Below, in pieces: positions 1 to 9,451 of a stretch of DNA of 64,000 nucleotides (position 1 is its first letter; every line of letters begins with the position of its first letter). Both the position numbers and the translations under genes were made by a program. Below the pieces are notes generated by a model that saw only the letters and a program-made list of their open reading frames with translations, ran no database searches and was not told the origin of the DNA. This DNA is from a plasmid, in the sequence record NZ_CP025192.1, one strand, 5' to 3'.

Positions 1-483
1 GAGCAGGCGGACAACGTCGTACTGATCGGCGGGCCCGGCACCGGCAAGACCCACCTCGCCACGGCACTGGGTGTCCAGGCCATCGAGCACGGCCGCAAAA
101 AGGTCCGGTTCTATTCCACGGTCGACCTGGTCAATGCACTGGAACAGGAAAAGACCGCGAACAAGGCCGGGCAACTCGCCGACCGCCTGCTCCGCCTCGA
201 CCTCGTCATCCTCGACGAGCTCGGCTACCTGCCGTTCAGCGCCTCGGGCGGTGCGCTGCTGTTCCACCTGCTCAGCAAGCTCTACGAGCGCACCAGCGTC
301 GTGATCACCACCAACCTGAGTTTCAGCGAGTGGGGTGGCGTGTTCGGCGACGCCAAGATGACGACGGCCTTGCTCGACCGGCTCACACACCACTGCCACA
401 TCCTGGAAACCGGCAACGACAGTTTCCGGTTCAGGAGCAGTTCGGCCGAACCCAGGAACAGGAGAGCTAAAACACCCGCTTGA
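1..483 (+). CDS. istB: IS21-family helper ATPase IstB, 5'-truncated by the window edge
   Basis: Walker [12 protein letters not shown], Walker [10 protein letters not shown] and the C-terminal [20 protein letters not shown] are typical of IstB. A paralogous full copy sits at 26213-26941. Confidence 0.85.
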   Translation, partial: EQADNVVLIGGPGTGKTHLATALGVQAIEHGRKKVRFYSTVDLVNALEQEKTANKAGQLADRLLRLDLVILDELGYLPFSASGGALLFHLLSKLYERTSVVITTNLSFSEWGGVFGDAKMTTALLDRLTHHCHILETGNDSFRFRSSSAEPRNRRAKTPA

Positions 484-671
484 CCCACGACCAGAGCCCG
501 CGGGACATATCCCTGCACGGGTCAGTTCTCGATGAAAACCCCGGGTCAGTTCTCAGCGAAACTCAACAGGGTAAACGCCGAAGCGGCCGAAGGGTGCCGT
601 CGCCGAGGGCTCCGCGGCGGCGGCCATCCCCAGCGGCGCGGCGAGGGTCGTGCGGAGCACCAGGGCGGGCC

Positions 672-1436
672 TCAGAAGAACAGCCGGACGCCGGTCAGGA
701 AGGCCCAGCCGCCCACGTCCTCACCCTCGTTGCGGGCGTAGCGCGCGGTGTCGCCGAGCTTCCGCTCGTAGCTGACGCCAATGTAGGGCGACACCTCGCG
801 GGTGACCTCGTAGCGCAGCCGCAGCCCGACCTCGACGTCGTTTAAGCCGCTGCCGATGTCGCGTTCGGGCACCTTCTGGAGCGCGAAGTTGGCCTCGACG
901 TTGGGCTGGAGCACCAGCCGCTGCGTGATGTAGGCGTCGTAGGAGATCTCGGCGCGCGCCGAGAGGTCGCCCTTCTCGCTGACGAAGCCCTGGAGGTCGA
1001 CCTCGAACATGCCGGGCGCCAGCCCCTGCAGGCCGATGACGCCGTAGAAGCGGTCGGGGCGCGGGCGGATGTCGTAGCGGACACCGGCCTGGAAGTCCCA
1101 GTAGTAGCCGATCAGGCGCGAGTAGAGCAGTTGGACTTCGGCGTCCTCCACCCGGCCATTCCGCGCCGTCTCGCCTTCGGTCTTCAGCCAGACGCGGTTG
1201 ACGTCGCCGCCATACCAGGCCTGCCCGTCCCAACGGCCGATGTTCGGGCCGTCCAGTCCCCAGCCGTATTCGAGCTTCTCGAACAGTACCGCGCCGGTGA
1301 ACACTTCATGGCTGAACGGAGGCTCCGTGCTGTGCTGCATCGCCTGCGCATGCGCCGGTGCGACCTGGAGGATGCCCAAGGTCAGGGCGGCCAGGGAAGC
1401 GGCAGCAGTCAGGACGCTCTTGATCTTCATGACCAT
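672..1436 (-). CDS. copB: copper resistance outer-membrane protein CopB/PcoB family
   Basis: Signal peptide MVMKIKSVLTAAASLAALTLG followed by CopB-like beta-barrel sequence. It starts right at the copA stop. The longer ORF start at 1643 overlaps copA and is rejected. Confidence 0.8.
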   Translation of the reverse strand: MVMKIKSVLTAAASLAALTLGILQVAPAHAQAMQHSTEPPFSHEVFTGAVLFEKLEYGWGLDGPNIGRWDGQAWYGGDVNRVWLKTEGETARNGRVEDAEVQLLYSRLIGYYWDFQAGVRYDIRPRPDRFYGVIGLQGLAPGMFEVDLQGFVSEKGDLSARAEISYDAYITQRLVLQPNVEANFALQKVPERDIGSGLNDVEVGLRLRYEVTREVSPYIGVSYERKLGDTARYARNEGEDVGGWAFLTGVRLFF

Positions 1437-3367
1437 CACCGTGCCGAGGCCGTCTGGCGCGCCGGAACCACGGACACCTTGCGCATCATCCCGGTCTCCA
1501 TGTGGTAGAGCATGTGGCAGTGGAAGGCCCAGCCGCCGGGTGCGTCGGCCTCGATGTCCACGTCGACCGTCGAGCCGGGCTTGATGTTGACCGTGTGCAG
1601 CAAGGGGTTCTCGGCCCCGTTGCCGACCTGCGGCATCATCCACATGCCGTGCAGGTGCATCGGGTGGTTCATCATGGTCTCGTTGACGAAGCGGAAGCGC
1701 GCCCGCTCGCCGAGATGGAGTTGGATGGGCTGGGCCCGGCTGAAGTTGTTGCCGTTGATGGACCAGAAGTACCGCTCCATGTTGCCGGTCAGCCGGATCT
1801 CGATGACGCGGGTCGGCTCGCGCACGGGGTAGAGCGGCTTGGCGGCCCGCAGGTCGCGGTAGGACAGCACGCGGGCGCCCGGCGGGGCGCCGACGTCGTT
1901 CACCAGCGGGTCCGGCATCGCCATGCCGCCATGGTCCATTCCGGCCATTGCACCGGCGCCCGCCGCGCCATTGTTCATGTTGGGCATGCTGCCGTGGTCC
2001 ATGCCAGCCATGGAGCCCTGCTGCATGCCCTGCGGGCCTCCGGCGGGCATCTGCATTGCCGAGTGATCCATGCCAGCCATGCTTCCATGGTTCATGCCGC
2101 CCACGGACCCTTGCTGGGTGCCCATGGAGCCTCCAGCGGGCATCTGCATGGCGGAGTGGTCCATGCCGCCCATGTCCATCGGCGCGACATGGCCGGGCGC
2201 GTCCACCTCCGGCATCGGGGTTCCGCGGTCCAGCCCCTTGGGCCCGTAGTTCATGCCCATGTCGGCCATGGTCAGGACCGGGCGCGGGCGGTGCTGCGGC
2301 AGGGGCAGGGCGGGCAGGCCCTCCCGGGTGGCCAGGCTGAACTGCGCGAAACCCTGGCGCCCCATGGATTCCGCCAGCACCTGGTACTGGCGGCCGTCGC
2401 CCGGGCGGACCAGCACGTCGAAGGTCTCGGCCGGGGCGATGCGGAATTCATCGATAGTGACGGGGCGGACGTTGTTGCCGTGCGCCTGGACCACGGTCAT
2501 ATCGAGTCCGGGAATGCGCACGTCGAAATGCGTCATGGCGCCGCTGTTGATGAAGCGTAGGCGCACCGTCTCGCCCGGCCGGAACACGCCGGTGAAGTTC
2601 TGCGCCGGGGTGTGGCCGTTGACCAGGTAGGTATAGCCGCCGACATCCTCGATGTCGGTCGGGTCCATCCGCATGTCGCCCCACATGACGCGGTCGGAGA
2701 CGATGGCCGAGCGCGCGGCGGCGTCCGGCGCGCGGCGGAGCTCGCCGACCAGGCTGGCCAGGGTACGCTTGTTGTAGTTGTAGTAGCCGGGGTCGCGCTT
2801 GAGGTTGGCGATGACGTGGCTCGGCGTCTCGTCCGTCCAGTCCGACAACTGGACGATGTAGTCGCGGTCGTAGCCGAAAGGCTCCGGCGTCGCGGGGTCG
2901 ATGACGATGGAGCCGTAGATGCCGGACTGCTCCTGCACGCCCGAATGGCTGTGGTACCAATAGGTGCCAGCCTGCACGAGCGGGAAGCGGTACTGGTGCG
3001 TCCCGCCCGCGTCGATGCCCTGGAAGCCGTCGCTGATGCCCGGCACGCCATCCTGGCTGCTCGGCAGGATCAGGCCGTGCCAGTGGATCGAGGTGTGCTC
3101 GCGGAGTTGGTTGGTCACGTTGACCACCACTTCCTCGCCCTCGCGGAAGCGCAGGACAGGGCCGGGGATCTGCCCGTTGATGGCCATGGCCGGACGGCGG
3201 CGCCCGGTGATGTTGGCCGTCACGTGGGACAGGGTCAGGTTGAACTCGCGCGGCATCGCCCGCCCGACGGCGGGCTGCGCCAGGGCGTCGGGCGCGGCGG
3301 CGGGAAAGGCCAGGGCGGCGACCCCGAGCCCGAGGGCCTGCCGCCTGCTGAGCTTTTCATTGGTCAT
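1436..3367 (-). CDS. copA: multicopper oxidase CopA/PcoA
   Basis: Tat signal RRQALGLG, cupredoxin HWHG and HSH motifs, a Met/His-rich insert (MDHSAMQMPAGG repeats) and C-terminal HCHMLYHM. Confidence 0.9.
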   Translation of the reverse strand: MTNEKLSRRQALGLGVAALAFPAAAPDALAQPAVGRAMPREFNLTLSHVTANITGRRRPAMAINGQIPGPVLRFREGEEVVVNVTNQLREHTSIHWHGLILPSSQDGVPGISDGFQGIDAGGTHQYRFPLVQAGTYWYHSHSGVQEQSGIYGSIVIDPATPEPFGYDRDYIVQLSDWTDETPSHVIANLKRDPGYYNYNKRTLASLVGELRRAPDAAARSAIVSDRVMWGDMRMDPTDIEDVGGYTYLVNGHTPAQNFTGVFRPGETVRLRFINSGAMTHFDVRIPGLDMTVVQAHGNNVRPVTIDEFRIAPAETFDVLVRPGDGRQYQVLAESMGRQGFAQFSLATREGLPALPLPQHRPRPVLTMADMGMNYGPKGLDRGTPMPEVDAPGHVAPMDMGGMDHSAMQMPAGGSMGTQQGSVGGMNHGSMAGMDHSAMQMPAGGPQGMQQGSMAGMDHGSMPNMNNGAAGAGAMAGMDHGGMAMPDPLVNDVGAPPGARVLSYRDLRAAKPLYPVREPTRVIEIRLTGNMERYFWSINGNNFSRAQPIQLHLGERARFRFVNETMMNHPMHLHGMWMMPQVGNGAENPLLHTVNIKPGSTVDVDIEADAPGGWAFHCHMLYHMETGMMRKVSVVPARQTASAR

Positions 3368-3370
3368 CGT

Positions 3371-3526
3371 TCAATCCTTGGCCGCGACCGGCGCGGCATG
3401 GTCCTGCTCCTGAGCGCGTCCGCGGTCACCAAAGGCTTGGTGGGCCGAGGCCGCGGGCCGGGTCTGCGCCGCGACGGCGACAACGGCCATGGCGGCCGCC
3501 GCGATGGAGGTGACAAGGCGCATCCG
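3371..3526 (-). CDS. small putative exported protein (about 50 aa) upstream of copA
   Basis: ORF MRLVTSIAAAAMAVVAVAAQT has a signal-like N-terminus. No recognisable family. Confidence 0.25.
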   Translation of the reverse strand, partial: RMRLVTSIAAAAMAVVAVAAQTRPAASAHQAFGDRGRAQEQDHAAPVAAKD

Positions 3527-3693
3527 TGAGCTTCCCCGGTGGACACAGCGTGGGCGGGTCAACGGCTCGCCCGCCGAAGTCGATGGGGCCAGGATGTCCA
3601 CCAACTACGAGCCGGAGATTGCCCAAGTGTGACAAGATATTTCAGCCATCCGCCATCCGCTGTGCGCCGAGAGGCTGGCGGCACCCTAGCCGA

Positions 3694-3722
3694 TTGACCA
3701 TATCCCTACCAGGGGGATAGGA
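3694..3722 (+). promoter_or_regulatory. promoter-operator module: TTGACC then TATCCCTACCAGGGGGATAG (inverted repeat TATCCC-N7-GGGATA around a G tract)
   Basis: Nearly identical to the module at 5354-5382 that precedes the RcnR/CsoR-family gene. It lies 84 bp upstream of the 3806 ORF, on the same strand as the TTGACC -35-like hexamer. Confidence 0.5.
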
Positions 3723-3805
3723 CAAATGCATGCATCTCGCTCCTCCCCTCCGTTTCCCGCAGCGTTTCGTGCCTGGCCATCACCGGCGGAGCGGGGAGTT
3801 CCTGG

Positions 3806-5317
3806 ATGCCGCGTCAGGAACGCGTCCGCCGCCTTGCCAAGCAGGTCTGGCCCATGCGTGACGGCAGAGACCGCTCCGCCGTCGGCTTCGCCGCCTTCGC
3901 CTCGGGCTGGAGCGTGATGTCGCTGGAGATGCTGGACGGACGCCTGATGGCGCCGGTCTTCGGCCAGACGATTCACCAGTGGGGCGCCATCATCGGCACC
4001 GCGCTGGCCTTCATGTCACTCGGCTACTGGGCCGGAGGACGCTTGGGCGGGCGGGCGAACGCCGCCAGGCTGCTGCCGCTGCTGCTGGCAATCGCCGCCT
4101 GCGCGGCGGCCCTGACGCCTTGGATCGGTCGCCCGCTGGCCAGTGCCCTCGAAAACCTGCTCGGCCCTTTGGCGGGAGCCGTCGCTACCTCGGCGGTGCT
4201 GATCGGCCCGCCCGCCTTCACCCTGGCCGCCGTCTCGCCACTCTGCGTGGCGCGGCTGGCGGCCTCCGGCTCTCCCGCCAAGGCCTCGGGCAGCATTTCA
4301 GCGCTGGCCGCGCTGGGGAGCATTGGCGGTACCTTCTTCGCCGCGTTCTATGCCATCCCCTATATGGGTCTGACGGCAGGCTACGCCTCCGCCTCCTTGC
4401 TGTCCGCCGCCGCCGCTTTGGCTACCGGCCTGGCCCCATTGCGCGCGGCACTGGTGATGGCACCGCTCGCTCTCGGCATCTGGGCCGAGCGGGCCCAGGC
4501 CAGTCGCTTCACCGAGTATTTCGAGACGATCTACAACACAGTGATGGTCTGGGACGCCCCGGAGGCGACCTACCTGCTGTTGAACTCGCCGCTCGCCGTG
4601 CAGTCGGCCCGGCGCAAAGACGGCCGCTTGACCGGCTCGTACTGGGAAATGATGGCGGCGGTGCCGTCCCTGACCCAGGGTCGGGACTCGCTGTTCCTGG
4701 GCGTAGCCGGAGGCTCGGCGGTGGATGCCATGACGAAGGCATGGGCGGACGTGCGGAGCACCGGCGTGGAGATCGACCCCGGCGTCACCGACGTCGCCCG
4801 GCGCCACTTCGGCCTGACCATTCCAGTGACGCATGACGACGCGCGCCGCTTCGTCGAAACGAGCCAGACGCAGTTCGACATCATCGTGGTCGACCTCTAC
4901 GCCACCGGCCAGATCCCCTCCCACGTCGCCACGGTGGAGTTCTTCCAGGCAGTGTCGCGGCGGCTCCGCTCCGGCGGCGTGGTGGCAGTGAACGTCTTCG
5001 GGGCCGGAGACCCTCGCAGCATCGTGGCACCCATGGCGGCGACGATGATGGCGGCTTTCCCAAGCGTGCTGGCGACCCAGACGGGCAGCGGCAACACTAT
5101 CCTGCTGGCTTGGCAAGAGCCTGTCGCGGTCGAGCAGGCGAGGGAGATGCTGGACGCCACGCCAGCCAGCGCGGCCTCGGCATCAACGAGAATGCAGGCC
5201 ACGCTGCGGGAAGCCAGCCTGGTGGCCAATGGCGCGGTCCCGCTGACCGACGAGTTGTCGGACATGGACACTCGGGCTGCCCGCGCCGTGGCCGCCCAAC
5301 GCCGTGCGCCGCGCTGA
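3806..5317 (+). CDS. fused polytopic membrane domain / spermidine-synthase-like (class I methyltransferase fold) protein
   Basis: N-terminal half has multiple TM helices. C-terminal half has the spermidine-synthase-like motifs GVAGGSAVDA and DIIVVDLY. Confidence 0.75.
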   Translation: MPRQERVRRLAKQVWPMRDGRDRSAVGFAAFASGWSVMSLEMLDGRLMAPVFGQTIHQWGAIIGTALAFMSLGYWAGGRLGGRANAARLLPLLLAIAACAAALTPWIGRPLASALENLLGPLAGAVATSAVLIGPPAFTLAAVSPLCVARLAASGSPAKASGSISALAALGSIGGTFFAAFYAIPYMGLTAGYASASLLSAAAALATGLAPLRAALVMAPLALGIWAERAQASRFTEYFETIYNTVMVWDAPEATYLLLNSPLAVQSARRKDGRLTGSYWEMMAAVPSLTQGRDSLFLGVAGGSAVDAMTKAWADVRSTGVEIDPGVTDVARRHFGLTIPVTHDDARRFVETSQTQFDIIVVDLYATGQIPSHVATVEFFQAVSRRLRSGGVVAVNVFGAGDPRSIVAPMAATMMAAFPSVLATQTGSGNTILLAWQEPVAVEQAREMLDATPASAASASTRMQATLREASLVANGAVPLTDELSDMDTRAARAVAAQRRAPR

Positions 5318-5353
5318 CAAGACGGAATGGCCGCCGTTCCTAGGCCGACCGGC

Positions 5354-5382
5354 TTGACGGTATCCCTACCGGGGGGATAGCT
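5354..5382 (+). promoter_or_regulatory. promoter-operator module: TTGACG then TATCCCTACCGGGGGGATAG, a candidate autoregulatory RcnR/CsoR-type operator
   Basis: A G6 tract flanked by the inverted repeat TATCCC/GGGATA resembles the RcnR-type TACT-G6-N-AGTA operator architecture. It sits 8 bp upstream of the regulator start, with an AGGAGA RBS at 5385. Confidence 0.55.
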
Positions 5383-5389
5383 CAGGAGA

Positions 5390-5668
5390 ATGACAGCCCC
5401 CCATGTCCATGCATCGCATCCGGAGATCGTGAAGCGCCTGAAGCGCGCCGACGGCCATCTCCGCAGCGTGGTCGAGATGATCGAGCAGGGCCGCCCCTGC
5501 CTCGACATCGTGCAGCAACTCCATGCGGTCGAGGCGGCCATCGCCAACGCCAAGCGGACCCTGATCCACGACCACCTCGACCACTGCCTCGACGATGTCG
5601 TGGGCGCGGTGCCGCGCGCCGACCGCGGCCCGATCGACGAGTTCAAGGCCATCACGAAGTATCTCTGA
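5390..5668 (+). CDS. rcnR: CsoR/RcnR/FrmR-family (DUF156) metal-sensing transcriptional repressor
   Basis: 92 aa. N-terminal His cluster HVHASH. W-X-Y-Z fingerprint residues Cys (RPCLD), His (HDH) and His-Cys (LDHC). Immediately upstream of rcnA. Confidence 0.8.
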   Translation: MTAPHVHASHPEIVKRLKRADGHLRSVVEMIEQGRPCLDIVQQLHAVEAAIANAKRTLIHDHLDHCLDDVVGAVPRADRGPIDEFKAITKYL

Positions 5669-5678
5669 AGGCGCCTCG

Positions 5679-6857
5679 ATGACTCCTTTCTCCGAACTGC
5701 TGGCCCAAGGATCAGCCCACGCCTGGCTTTTCGTTCCCAGCGCCATCCTGCTGGGAGCCCTGCACGGCCTGGAGCCAGGCCATTCGAAGACCATGATGGC
5801 GGCCTTCATCGTCGCCGTTCGCGGCACCGTCACGCAGGCGGTTCTGCTCGGAGTAGCGGCGACCTTCTCGCACACGCTGGTGGTCTGGGGCATCGGACTC
5901 GGGGGCCTGTACCTTTGGAAGGGCTTCGACGCCGAGACCGCGGAGCCGTACTTCCAGCTTGCCTCCGCCGTGGCGATCATCGCCATGGCCATCTGGATGC
6001 TGTGGCGGACCTGGCGGGACCAGCAGGCCAGCAGTGCCCACGGACACTCGCATGACCATGGGCACCACCATGGCCATGAGCACAGCCATAGTGAGGGGCA
6101 TGGCCACAGCCACAGCCACGGCGAGGAGGTGCGGCGCATCGACACCGGCCATGGCGTCGTCGCCCTGGAGGTGTTCGAGGACGGCGTTCCGCCGCGCTGG
6201 CGGCTGCGGTCGGAGCGTGGTCCGCACTGGGCGGCCGAGGATGTGACGGTGGAGACCCTTCGTCCGGACGGGCAGCGCCAGAGCTTCGGCTTCGTCGACC
6301 GCGGCGGCTACCTCGAGTCCACGACCGATATTCCAGAGCCTCACGAGTTCACCGCCCGCCTGAGCCTGTCCCACGGCAACCATGCCCACGACTACGAGGT
6401 GGTCTTCGCGGAGCAGGGCGACGGTCACGAGCAGGAGCCTCTGGCTCCCGGTGCCTTCGCGACCACGGACGGCTACCAGGATGCTCATGAGCGCGCCCAT
6501 GCCAACGACATCCAGCGCCGGTTCGCCGGACGCGAGGTGACGACCTGGCAGATCGTGCTGTTCGGGCTGACGGGCGGGCTGGTGCCGTGCCCGGCCGCGA
6601 TCACGGTGCTGCTGATCTGCCTCCAGCTTCAGGAGTTCACCCTCGGCGCGGCGCTGGTGCTGTGCTTCAGCATCGGCCTCGCCATCACCCTGGTGACCGT
6701 CGGCGTCATCGCCGCGACCGGCATGCGCCACGCGTCCCGCCGCTGGTCGGGCTTCGACACCTTCATGCGCCGGGCGCCTTATGCCTCGGGCGCGCTCATC
6801 ATCCTGGTGGGCTTCTATGTCGGTGCCGTCGCGCTGACGCAGATCGCGGCGGCCTGA
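5679..6857 (+). CDS. rcnA: nickel/cobalt efflux permease RcnA (NicO family)
   Basis: HGLEPGHSK motif, a His-rich cytoplasmic loop (HGHSHDHGHHHGHEHSHSEGHGHSHSHGEE) and C-terminal GGLVPCPAAI. Start taken at MTPFSELL, not at the upstream in-frame extension. Confidence 0.9.
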   Translation: MTPFSELLAQGSAHAWLFVPSAILLGALHGLEPGHSKTMMAAFIVAVRGTVTQAVLLGVAATFSHTLVVWGIGLGGLYLWKGFDAETAEPYFQLASAVAIIAMAIWMLWRTWRDQQASSAHGHSHDHGHHHGHEHSHSEGHGHSHSHGEEVRRIDTGHGVVALEVFEDGVPPRWRLRSERGPHWAAEDVTVETLRPDGQRQSFGFVDRGGYLESTTDIPEPHEFTARLSLSHGNHAHDYEVVFAEQGDGHEQEPLAPGAFATTDGYQDAHERAHANDIQRRFAGREVTTWQIVLFGLTGGLVPCPAAITVLLICLQLQEFTLGAALVLCFSIGLAITLVTVGVIAATGMRHASRRWSGFDTFMRRAPYASGALIILVGFYVGAVALTQIAAA

Positions 6858-7083
6858 TGCGGGCGTGTTCCGGCTGCGTGGGCGAAAGCTCAGGCCGGAA
6901 CGCGCAGCCCCGGACCTTACCCCTGCTATGGCATGCGCAGCCCGGAAAACTCAGGGACGGCCATCGGGTCGGCCACTCTTGCTTGACAGACCAGCACGCC
7001 ATTCACCATCCTGGGCGCAAGGGGACATCCGCGATCGCCCCGTGAGGCTTCGGCCGAAGCATCGCGTCCGACACTCCACAACC

Positions 7084-7932
7084 ATGGAGGGGACGCCCAT
7101 GCCTGCACCTGACACCATCACCACCACACAGCTCGCTCGGCTCGTCGGCCTGCCCGATGCACCGGTGCTGCTCGACGTACGGACCGAGGAGGACTACGCG
7201 GCCGACCCGCGCCTGCTCCCGGCTTCCTTCCGGCGCGAACATCGCGACGTGACCACCTGGATGGCGGGCCACGCCGGTCGGCACGTGGTGGTCGTCTGCC
7301 AGCGCGGCCTCAAGCTCAGCCACGGTGTCGCCGCCTGGCTGCGTCACGGCGGTGCCAGGGCCGAGGTGCTCGAGGGCGGCTTCGAGGCATGGGCTGCCGA
7401 AGGCCACCTGCTGGTGCATCCGAACCGCCTGCCGACACGCGATGCGCAGGGGCGCACGGTGTGGGTGACCCGTTCCCGGCCCAAGGTGGACCGGATTGCC
7501 TGCCCCTGGCTGATCCGGCGCTTCGTGGATCCGTCCGCCGTCTTCCTCTTCGTCGCGCCGTCCGAGGTCGGCGCGGTGGCCGAACGCTTCGGGGCCGCGC
7601 CCTTTGACGTCGAGGGGGTGTTCTGGAGCCATCGTAGCGAGACCTGCACCTTCGACACCATGGTCCAGGAGTTCGGATTGACCTCTGAGCCGCTGCTCCG
7701 GCTGGCGGAGATCGTCCGCGGCGCCGACACCGCCCGGCCCGACCTCGCGCCGCAGGCGGCGGGGCTGCTCGCGGCGTCCCTGGGCCTGTCCCGCATGCAC
7801 CGGGATGACCTGGCGCAACTCGACGCCGCAATGGGTCTGTACGATGCCTTCTACCGCTGGAGCCGCGATGCCGTCGCCGAGACCCACAACTGGCCAGCGT
7901 CGCCGAGCGCAGCTGGGAGGTCTGGCCAGTGA
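7084..7932 (+). CDS. rhodanese-domain / chromate-resistance ChrB C-terminal-domain protein
   Basis: N-terminal rhodanese-like fold (LLDVRTEEDY...VVVVCQRG) followed by a ChrB-C-like segment (VDRIACPWLIRRFVD). It overlaps the chrA start. Confidence 0.7.
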   Translation: MEGTPMPAPDTITTTQLARLVGLPDAPVLLDVRTEEDYAADPRLLPASFRREHRDVTTWMAGHAGRHVVVVCQRGLKLSHGVAAWLRHGGARAEVLEGGFEAWAAEGHLLVHPNRLPTRDAQGRTVWVTRSRPKVDRIACPWLIRRFVDPSAVFLFVAPSEVGAVAERFGAAPFDVEGVFWSHRSETCTFDTMVQEFGLTSEPLLRLAEIVRGADTARPDLAPQAAGLLAASLGLSRMHRDDLAQLDAAMGLYDAFYRWSRDAVAETHNWPASPSAAGRSGQ

Positions 7933-9308
7933 ACGACAAAACAGTGCTCGAGGTCCGGCGGCCCGCCCCTTCCATCCCTGAGAGCCAGCCTGCGCTGCCT
8001 TCATTCGCCGAAGCCGTGCGCGTCTGGATGAAGATCGGCCTGCTGTCCTTCGGCGGCCCGGCGGGGCAGATCGCGCTGCTGCACCGGGAGGTGGTGGACG
8101 AGCGGCGCTGGATCTCCGACGCCCGCTTCCTGCATGCGCTGAACTTCTGCACCCTGCTGCCCGGGCCCGAGGCCCAGCAGCTCGCCACCTATCTTGGCTG
8201 GCTGTTGCACGGGGTGCGCGGCGGGGTGGCGGCGGGCGTCCTGTTCGTGCTGCCGGGCATGGCGGTAATGCTAGGCCTGTCCGTCCTCTACGCCACGCTG
8301 GGGCAGGTGCCGGTGGTCTCGGCGCTGTTCTTCGGCCTGAAATGCGCCGTGCTGGTGCTGGTGGTCGAAGCGCTCCTGCGTGTGGCGCGGCGGGCGCTCA
8401 AGACCAACGCCGCATGGGCACTCGCCACGGCCGCCTTCTTCGCGCTTTACGTCTTCGGCGTGCCTTTCCCAGCCGTCGTGCTGGCGGCGGCGCTGATCGG
8501 CTACTTCGCCCCCATGGCGTTCAAGGGCGGCAGCCACGGATCGGCCAAGGATGGCCCGCCCGCGCTGCTGGACGCGGTGCTGGCGGCGGATCCCGGCCGT
8601 CCCGCCCGGCTCGCCGTGCGCGCTTGGCGCGCGGGCTGGGTCGCGGTCGTGCTTTGGCTCCTTCCGGTCGCCGTGCTCATGGCAACCGGGGCCGGGGTCT
8701 TCGCCGACGTTGCCTGGTTCTTCTCCAAGATGGCGGTGGTGACCGTGGGCGGCGCCTACGCCGTGCTGTCCTACGTGGCGCAGGAGGCGGTGCAGGGATA
8801 CGGCTGGCTGTCGCCCGACCAGATGCTGGTGGGTCTTGGCCTTGCCGAGACCACGCCCGGCCCGCTGATCCTGGTCCTCCAGTTCGTGGGCTTCCTGGCG
8901 GGCTTCGGTCAGGGCGGGCTGGCCTGGGGCGTACTGGCGGCCGTGCTGACGGTGTGGGTCACCTTCGCGCCCTGCTTTGCCTTCATCTTCCTGGGCGCCC
9001 CCTATGTCGAAAGGCTGCACTCCAACCGGGAACTCACCAGCGCCCTGGCGGCGGTCACGGCCGCCGTGGTCGGCGTCATTGCCAACCTCGCGCTCTGGTT
9101 CGGCCTGCGGGTGCTGTTCGCCGAGGTGCGGCGGGTGGAGGTCGGACCGGCGGCCCTGGACATCCCGGTTCCGGACAGCCTGGACATCCTTGCCTTGGCG
9201 CTTGCCGCCGCCGCCGCGGCCTGCCTGTTTGGCTTCAAGCTCGGCCTGATGAGAACGCTCGGCATCACCGCGGCTCTCGGTTTAGTGGCGAAGCTCGCCC
9301 TGGGCTAA
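7929..9308 (+). CDS. chrA: chromate transporter ChrA (CHR family), GTG start
   Basis: Two CHR halves with about 12 TM helices. Carries LLSFGGPAGQIALL and LAETTPGPLIL, characteristic of ChrA. Confidence 0.9.
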   Translation: MNDKTVLEVRRPAPSIPESQPALPSFAEAVRVWMKIGLLSFGGPAGQIALLHREVVDERRWISDARFLHALNFCTLLPGPEAQQLATYLGWLLHGVRGGVAAGVLFVLPGMAVMLGLSVLYATLGQVPVVSALFFGLKCAVLVLVVEALLRVARRALKTNAAWALATAAFFALYVFGVPFPAVVLAAALIGYFAPMAFKGGSHGSAKDGPPALLDAVLAADPGRPARLAVRAWRAGWVAVVLWLLPVAVLMATGAGVFADVAWFFSKMAVVTVGGAYAVLSYVAQEAVQGYGWLSPDQMLVGLGLAETTPGPLILVLQFVGFLAGFGQGGLAWGVLAAVLTVWVTFAPCFAFIFLGAPYVERLHSNRELTSALAAVTAAVVGVIANLALWFGLRVLFAEVRRVEVGPAALDIPVPDSLDILALALAAAAAACLFGFKLGLMRTLGITAALGLVAKLALG

Positions 9309-9451
9309 GGCCGCTGCACGTGAGGGCTGCTTCCGGCATGCCGTGCCTGAAAGCGGACCGGCCGCTTCCGGCTAAGTCCAGTCGTTTAGGACGGCGTGCC
9401 GGGAGTCTGCCTCTATGCAATCGGTTTGCCTTCGACCTCCGTAGCTGGCCT

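Noticed and set aside
7003-8188. Minus-strand ORFs of 333 and 290 aa antisense to the ChrB-domain gene and chrA
   Set aside because: Antisense to clearly recognisable chromate-resistance genes, with Arg/Gly/Pro-rich composition.
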